Source: Microcoleaceae cyanobacterium (lineage in GTDB: Bacteria > Cyanobacteriota > Cyanobacteriia > Cyanobacteriales > Microcoleaceae). From it: a stretch of 64,000 nt of DNA. Position 1 is the first letter of the stretch. The number at the start of each line of letters is the position of its first letter. Shown here piece after piece: positions 60,326 to 64,000 of this stretch. The translations under genes were made by a program, and so were the position numbers. Below the pieces are notes generated by a model. The model was not told the origin of the DNA. It saw only the letters and a program-made list of their open reading frames with translations, and did no database searches. The DNA is taken from contig JBOFUV010000102.1 in NCBI GenBank assembly GCA_051652765.1, positions 14,959-78,958 of the forward strand, written 5' to 3'.

Positions 60326-61288
60326 ATGACCATGACGCTTTCCTATGATTCCCCGAGCCAGGTTAACTGGCGGTCTGAGCGCAGCATCCCTCTTTTAGGG
60401 GCAGCTTGTGCAATTCAATCTGATGTTTCCCTCGCTCCTCTGACTTCCTATCGAGTCGGGGGGCCTGCCGAATGGTATGTAGCCCCCAATAACCTAGATG
60501 AGTTGCGCGCCAGTTTGGAATGGGCCAATGCAGAAAGCTTGAAAACCACACTTTTAGGCAGTGGCTCAAACCTTTTGATTAGTGATACAGGGCTGTTTGG
60601 ATTGGTTGTTGGGACTCGACGGCTGCGCCACAGCCACTTTGATTTAGAGACAGGGCGGGTCACAGTTGCTTCTGGAGAATCTTTGCCGCGCTTGGCCTGG
60701 AAAGTAGCTCGTTTAGGTTGGCAAGGTCTGGAGTGGGCTGTGGGGATTCCTGGAACTGTTGGCGGGGCTGTAGTGATGAATGCGGGAGCCCACGGGGGCT
60801 GTACAGCCGATCTGTTGGTCACGGCTGAGGTGTTACTGCCAACAGGTCAGTTGAGAGCACTCACCTCTCAAGATTTGGATTATCGCTATCGCACCTCGAA
60901 CTTGCAAGGCAGTAATCGGATTGTTACCCAAGCAACCTTTCAACTGCAGCCTGGATCTGACCCAGCTCACGTCCTAGCCGAAACCTCAGAACATCTGAGA
61001 CGGCGACGCACCAGCCAACCCTATGACTTACCCAGTTGTGGCAGTGTATTCCGTAACCCTAGCTCCAAGGCAGCAGGCTGGTTAATCGAACAATCTGGCT
61101 TGAAAGGGCATCGAATTGGTGGAGCACAAGTCGCGGAGCGCCATGCTAACTTCATCGTGAACTGTGGCAACGCAACAGCGAACGATATTTTTCAGTTGAT
61201 TCGTCATGTTCAGGAAAAAGTCGAGCAGCAGTGGTCTTTCGCTTTAGAGACAGAAGTCAAAATCCTAGGAGAGTTTCAATTGGCCTGA
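60326..61288 (+). CDS. murB: UDP-N-acetylmuramate dehydrogenase
   Basis: GSGSNLL, GIPGTVGGAV.MNAG, SCGSVFRNP and HANFIVN motifs. Confidence 0.96.
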   Translation: MTMTLSYDSPSQVNWRSERSIPLLGAACAIQSDVSLAPLTSYRVGGPAEWYVAPNNLDELRASLEWANAESLKTTLLGSGSNLLISDTGLFGLVVGTRRLRHSHFDLETGRVTVASGESLPRLAWKVARLGWQGLEWAVGIPGTVGGAVVMNAGAHGGCTADLLVTAEVLLPTGQLRALTSQDLDYRYRTSNLQGSNRIVTQATFQLQPGSDPAHVLAETSEHLRRRRTSQPYDLPSCGSVFRNPSSKAAGWLIEQSGLKGHRIGGAQVAERHANFIVNCGNATANDIFQLIRHVQEKVEQQWSFALETEVKILGEFQLA

Positions 61289-61637
61289 AGTTGGTTTAAA
61301 GTTGCTTTAGAAATTGCTCTAGAAACTGAGTGCCATCCCAAATCCGTCCAACAGCGTCTTTAATTTTCAACACTGACCTCTTTAAAAACTTCAGAGGAAA
61401 GAGAGAACAAACAGGGTGCAGGCGTTCTCTGTCGTTGAGGAGAGTCAAGCGTTGACGTTTTTTCCGAGTCAGGATAATCTTATTCGGAGATAAAAATTCC
61501 TGGAGTTGCTAGGGAACTTTTTGTCTGATTGTCAAGCTTGAGGAGTAAGAACACTAGAATAGTGAAGAGCTAAGTGTTCTTCTGAGTGATGCACAGTGTT
61601 AGGGTATCCCAGATACTACCGAATTAATGGTTGAACT

Positions 61638-61985
61638 ATGAATAAACAAGGACAAGGATTTGGTTTTGGCCTCGGCAAAATGAAGGAGCTAACTGAGGCA
61701 TTCAAAAAAGCCCAGCAAGTTCAAGAAGGGGCGAAAAAACTTCAGGAAGAGTTGGATGAGCTAGAAGTGCCCGGAGAAGCAGGTGGTGGTTTAGTGAAGG
61801 TGTACTTGAGTGGGAACCAAGAGCCTCGGCGAGTTGAAATTTCCGCAGATGTTCTGGGAGAAGGCCCAGACGTAGTTTCCGGCCTAGTCTTAACTGCCAT
61901 GCAGGAGGCATATAACAATTCCACAGCAACCATGCGTCAACGAATGGAAGAACTAACCGGCGGCCTAAATCTCCCCGGACTGTAA
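61638..61985 (+). CDS. ybaB: YbaB/EbfC nucleoid-associated protein
   Basis: KKAQQVQ, GGGLVKV and MEELTGGL motifs. Confidence 0.93.
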   Translation: MNKQGQGFGFGLGKMKELTEAFKKAQQVQEGAKKLQEELDELEVPGEAGGGLVKVYLSGNQEPRRVEISADVLGEGPDVVSGLVLTAMQEAYNNSTATMRQRMEELTGGLNLPGL

Positions 61986-62098
61986 TTTTGCCAGATAGGT
62001 TGGCTTTTAATTGGGGGCATGGAAAACTGCCCCTAGGTTGCGTCAAGTTTTAAGAGAACTTCCGTAAACTGAGAAGTAGTTTCAGACCGTTAGAGCCA

Positions 62099-62587
62099 AT
62101 GCCGTACAAATTGCTGTTTGTTTGTCTGGGAAATATCTGCCGTTCTCCCTCCGCTGAGAATATTATGAATCACCTGATTCAGCAGGCTGGCTGGGGCGAT
62201 CGCATTGTCTGTGACTCTGCGGGCACTTCTAGCTATCACATTGGCAATCCTCCCGACCAACGGATGACAAAGGCGGCCCGCGAACGGGGGATTATTCTGA
62301 AGGGCAAAGCCCGCCAATTTACCCGAGAGGACTTTGAGGAATTTGACCTGATTTTGGCGATGGATCAGGATAACCACACCCAGATTTTATCGCTTGACCC
62401 TCAGCACCGTTACCAGGACAAAGTCAGGCTGATGTGCGAGTTCTGTCGATCTTCTAGTCAACGGGAAGTTCCTGATCCCTACTATGGTGGCCCAGCAGGG
62501 TTTAACCAAGTAATTGATTTGCTGCTGGATGCCTGTGCAGGCTTGCTAGAAAAAATTCAGCAGGAACAGCTAGACCTCAGTTCATAG
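62099..62587 (+). CDS. Low-molecular-weight protein-tyrosine phosphatase
   Basis: VCLGNICRSP and VPDPYYGG motifs. Confidence 0.95.
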   Translation: MPYKLLFVCLGNICRSPSAENIMNHLIQQAGWGDRIVCDSAGTSSYHIGNPPDQRMTKAARERGIILKGKARQFTREDFEEFDLILAMDQDNHTQILSLDPQHRYQDKVRLMCEFCRSSSQREVPDPYYGGPAGFNQVIDLLLDACAGLLEKIQQEQLDLSS

Positions 62588-62619
62588 TCCCTTCCCGCAA
62601 ACCATCTAAACCTATCGCT

Positions 62620-63807
62620 ATGGCCCACAGTCTTTCCACTGCTTCTGTGCTAGAAGATGCTCCTGCGGTTGAGGAAGAGGAGTCCGGTCTTGATTATTTC
62701 TACGATGAACCTGGGACATTGCCAGGAACTTTAGATCTCGATCCCACCGATCCTCCTCCAGAGCTAATTCTGATTTATTACAACCAGGCTTCGGCAACTC
62801 GGATTTTGCTGAATCATCCAGAAGATTGTCTTCCCTACCTGGCAGACACTAAATCTGTTTGTTGGCTAGATGTTCAGGGGCTTGGGAATACAGATACCTG
62901 GCAGCGAATGTCCCACGTGTTTCAGTTTCACCCCGTTGCCTTAGAAGATGTGGTGAATATTCCCCAACGACCCAAAGTTGTGGTGTATGAAAACCCAGAT
63001 CACATTGTGATTGTGGCGCAAATGGTGATGTTGAACTCCGAGGAGGGAATCCATCGGGAACAAGTCAGTTTGATTTTGGGCAACAACTATTTGATTACGG
63101 TTCAAGAAGAGCCAAGGTTTGACTGCTTGCAGCCTGTGCGCGATCGCATCCGTAGCAACCAGGGAGCAGTTCGCAAATACGGAGCCGATTACCTCGCCTA
63201 TGCCATTCTTGATGCGATTATTGATGGTTATTTTCCCGTTTTGGAAGCGTATAGCGATCGCCTAGAAAGTCTGGAGGAGGAAGTGTTATTCGTATCCAAG
63301 CCGGGAACCTTGGAAAAAATCTATGAAACCAAGCGGGAACTCCTATACCTGCGGCGTACTATCTGGTCTCAACGAGAAGCGCTCTACAGCTTGGTACGGG
63401 ACAAAACCAACCTAGTCAGCAAAAAGACTAGGGTTTATCTCCAGGACTGCTATGATCACGCCGTCAACGTGGTTGATATGTTAGAAACCTATCGAGAACT
63501 GGCCTCGGACTTAACCAATCTGCATCTTTCTTCGATCAGCAACAGAATGAACGAAATTATGAAGTTGCTAACGATTGTTTCAGCCATCTTCATTCCGCTA
63601 ACGTTCATTGCAGGGTTGTATGGCATGAACTTTGATCCTGATACATCCCCCCTCAACATGCCCGAATTGAATTGGTACTGGGGATATCCCATCTGTATAG
63701 GAATCATGATATTGACTGCAGCCAGTTTGATCTTCTATTTCTGGAAACGGGGCTGGTTTGAGGATTTCTCTGGGGTTAAACCCAGAAATTTGGCCCACAA
63801 GAATTAG
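62620..63807 (+). CDS. corA: Mg/Co transporter CorA (copy 2)
   Basis: DYFYDEPG..PGTL, HPVALED and YGMNF motifs. Confidence 0.94.
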   Translation: MAHSLSTASVLEDAPAVEEEESGLDYFYDEPGTLPGTLDLDPTDPPPELILIYYNQASATRILLNHPEDCLPYLADTKSVCWLDVQGLGNTDTWQRMSHVFQFHPVALEDVVNIPQRPKVVVYENPDHIVIVAQMVMLNSEEGIHREQVSLILGNNYLITVQEEPRFDCLQPVRDRIRSNQGAVRKYGADYLAYAILDAIIDGYFPVLEAYSDRLESLEEEVLFVSKPGTLEKIYETKRELLYLRRTIWSQREALYSLVRDKTNLVSKKTRVYLQDCYDHAVNVVDMLETYRELASDLTNLHLSSISNRMNEIMKLLTIVSAIFIPLTFIAGLYGMNFDPDTSPLNMPELNWYWGYPICIGIMILTAASLIFYFWKRGWFEDFSGVKPRNLAHKN

Positions 63808-63973
63808 CCAACTAAACTGGTACTTTAAGGTGCTTTAAGGTGCTTTAACCGATAGTTTTTCAAACTTGATTGGGTTGTGTCGGTTGGCCTCGAACTTGAA
63901 GCTCAAGGTTCTTGAAGGTTTATTGGATTACTGAGGGTCAACTCAACCTATCATTTTGATTTAGACAAACTAC

Positions 63974-63999
63974 TCTCTAGCCAAAAATTTGGCTAGAGA
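63974..63999. repeat. Perfect 12-bp inverted repeat
   Basis: TCTCTAGCCAAA-aa-TTTGGCTAGAGA at the window edge. Confidence 0.7.
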
Positions 64000-64000
64000 A

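Larger units (their letters stand above)
132..63261. repeat. HIP1 octamer GCGATCGC dispersed throughout
   Basis: Dozens of copies, mostly inside CDSs; a cyanobacterial hallmark. Confidence 0.95.

Overview
A 64-kb chromosomal window from a cyanobacterium, judged from abundant HIP1 octamers (GCGATCGC) and genes such as ocp/frp, PAM68, gap2, glpX and GUN4. It is mostly core metabolism: ocp-frp, BT1-carotenoid oxygenase, rpsO-pam68-aroF, DUF928 plus a CHASE2 cyclase, trx, glpX, hemA, two corA, an RND pump, ruvB, the SSADH/2-OG decarboxylase TCA shunt, menA/P450/menF, thiL, gap2, murC-murB-ybaB-ptp. Mobile DNA is limited to an IS630 remnant and a small Uma2 patch with gene fragments. I saw no CRISPR array, rRNA or tRNA. 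Six observations are not explained by the ORF track. (1) Many CDSs are bracketed by gene-specific inverted repeats that would pair the 5' end with the 3' end (20/21 bp at pam68), often overlapping local tandem duplications. (2) An unannotated 52-aa basic protein lies downstream of a ~165-nt rod-like structured RNA behind ruvB. (3) A second structured RNA candidate lies upstream of ocp. (4) There is a PsrR1-like sRNA candidate. (5) A P450 sits between menA and menF. (6) A C6-tract frameshift splits a DUF2834-like gene. All family assignments come from motif recognition by eye; no database searches were run.
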